Source of the DNA: Vicugna vicugna
Lineage: Eukaryota
Length of the DNA stretch: 64,000 bases
Assembly: GCA_013265495.1 (NCBI GenBank)
Contig: MU058418.1
Span: forward strand, 1,326,917-1,390,916
Direction of reading: 5' to 3'
Program-made: the position numbers and the translations under genes
Part shown: positions 61,861 through 64,000 of the stretch, one piece after another
Numbering within the stretch: position 1 is the first letter of the stretch
Layout: each line of letters opens with the position of its first letter
The notes under the pieces: generated by a model
Told to the model about the DNA's origin: nothing
Database searches by the model: none
The model's input: only the letters and a program-made list of their open reading frames with translations

Positions 61861-64000
61861 TTCCACTCAGTCAAAAGTTATGTACACTTTTAATATCAAT
61901 AGATTTTGATTTTTTAAAAAAAAAAGCTTGCACCCACTTAACACTTTTTACCAATTAATCCAAATGTTTATTTTCCCACAGTTACAAAAAAAATCCTGAA
62001 TCTTAATTAAAGATAAAATATTCTCTCCTAGTGTATTTGAATTGTGTAGTTCACTCAAAGCATGAGTGTGATTTCTAATAAAATGAATGTCTACATTTGT
62101 ATTTTCTAAGTGCTTGTGAAATTTACAGCAGACTTAAATTTATTTAAATCTGATTATTTACTGTGATTTTTAATGCTACAGGTAGATTTCCTTGGAGATG
62201 GAGAACCTGGGAAAAGAGTGTCTACACTTCCTGAAATGTATTGCAGATGCTAACCTTATTCAGCATGGTTTAGTTCAAAAGAGAAAATAAAGGGGAAATT
62301 CATTTATCCTTTCAGGAAAGTGTATTGAGAGTCTTCCATGTATCAGGCACCTTCAACATAGAAAAAAAGATGTACTTGTGCTTTCTTCTGTTTAACTCTT
62401 CCCAGGTTTTCTTCTATTATGAACTTATGTAACTTCTCCATATTTTTATGTACCTTCCCTCTCAAGAAATGGTTTAATAATTATCACCAAACATAGTACC
62501 ACATAAAAGAGAGCTAGCTGTCAGAAGGGCAGAAAAACCTGTAAGACTTTTAAAATGTCCAAATAGTATCTAAATTTTAAACCTTTATTTTTTTTCTATT
62601 TTTAGACCTTCTATATAGACCTGGAGAGACAAAATAAAACCTATTTACTATAGCAGGAATTCCGTACTGTAGCTTAAATTGGTGTTTTTAAAACGATGGC
62701 TTTTACCAAGTTCTTTTGGCAGCTGCTCTAGACTGAAAGCACTAAAAATTGATTACTTTCAAGGTGTTGCTAATAATTCCTTATTGATGTAGCTCTTGCC
62801 GCCCAGCCCAGGCTGGGGTCCCCATACAATGCTAGTATCTGGAGTGCCTGTGCAGGGACCTGCTGCCCACGCAGAGCAGGTTGACTCTAATTCACTCCTG
62901 GACCCCTGCATTCTTTTCCACATATATCCACAAATAGCGTCAGAGCAAATTAACGTAATTTTCTGATTGGTGTAAAGAGAACCAAAGAAAGCTGGTTGTG
63001 TTTGGTGGCCAAAATACCACACAGTGTGAGCAGAGTAGAACTGCTGGCCCATTTTATAGCACTCTAATTGATCATTATTTCTCAAAGGGCACATTATTTG
63101 GCCATGTGGCAGTGATCCAGTATCATTCCAGAGGCATTGGACATGTAGGTGCATGTGAGCACTATAGTAAATATACGCCTCCTTCTGCCAAGAATAGAAG
63201 TAGGTTATCCAAGAGGAAAGGGGAGGGAAAAGAAAATACCAATTTCCTATGTACCAGAACTTGTCTGGCTTAAATCAGTAGTTGAAAACTGTACAGCACG
63301 AAATCTTGAAGATTTTTTTATTTCACGGTAGAGGCTCCTGGTTCATATTTAATAAGCTAGAAAATTAACTCTTTTGGAAACTTGGAGAGAGTATATAAAT
63401 GTGTGTGTGCCTGTGTTTTGCTCTTGGTTCACGGAAACTGCCTCTCCGGTCTTCATTTCCGCACGTCTGAAACTGCTAAGTACTGTCCAAGGAATGAAGA
63501 AAATGTATGTGGGAGAGCTAGCCTGGAAGGAGGAGGGAATCCTGGGCTTGTGCCTACGTGACAGGTTACAACAACAGTCCCTGTGGCCAGGAGGGAGACC
63601 TTGAAAGCATTTCCATCAGGGTTAGATTTAGGGCAGCCCATGGGCAAGTCATGGAGACTAAGGAGAAATTATTCCGTCTGAGAATGGCCCGGGGCTTCCG
63701 ATGGAGATCTGGCCCCTGCAGAAACCCAACAGACATTATCCGGAGGGCTGCTGTGCAGTGGGGCAATCGGTAGTGCAGGAAATGGGGAAGGTGGACAGGA
63801 TGCAGTCTGCTCTTCACAAGCAAACCGCAGCGTTGAGCAATGGCTGAAAAAGATGGCGACCAATGCCGCTGAAACGCTGCAGAGTGACTGCATTCGGGAG
63901 CTTCTCTTTTTCCCTGTGCCTCCTTTATTAATGGTTTGCTTTCATCAAGCTTTATGGGTCCTCAACAGAGCCAGGTCAGAGCATTCAAAATGCTGGAGCC

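Noticed and set aside
1-64000. Protein-coding genes from the six-frame ORF track
   Set aside because: All are short (165 aa or less), most start at alternative codons, and they overlap on both strands. None resembles a protein I recognise apart from decayed L1 (28253..28453) and L2 (58686..59051) RT pieces. No chain of exons with consistent phase could be built.
1-64000. CRISPR array, operon, defence system or other prokaryotic/viral system
   Set aside because: The sequence is clearly mammalian (MIR, L2, L1M, MER, MLT). There is no repeat-spacer array, dense ORF packing or retroviral internal region.

Overview
This is 64 kb of mammalian non-coding DNA, roughly 40% GC and CpG-depleted by eye. 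It is most likely from a camelid: it carries a tRNA-Ala(AGC)-derived SINE with a vic-1-type tail and cetartiodactyl-type L1 3' ends. I found no recognisable protein-coding exon, RNA gene, CRISPR array or prokaryotic feature, and I cannot name a gene. The six-frame ORFs are chance ORFs, N-gap artefacts or decayed L1/L2 reverse-transcriptase fragments. Recognisable content is mostly a transposon fossil record: MIR, L2, several L1 generations including a ~5 kb nested L1 block, MER5A, MER20, MER2B-like, a Tigger2-type MITE, a hAT MITE and an MLT1 LTR. There are also microsatellites and five N gaps. The mainly antisense L1 orientation suggests a large intron of a + strand gene (inference). The sequence does not support an exciting new biological system. 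The best leads are a candidate 12-nt microexon (41149-41160), a perfect 96-bp tandem duplication (34682-34873), several CpG-retaining enhancer/promoter-like patches and a palindrome plus direct repeat at 4037-4069. Repeat family names come from recalled consensus sequences rather than a search, and repeat boundaries are approximate unless TIRs or TSDs are given.
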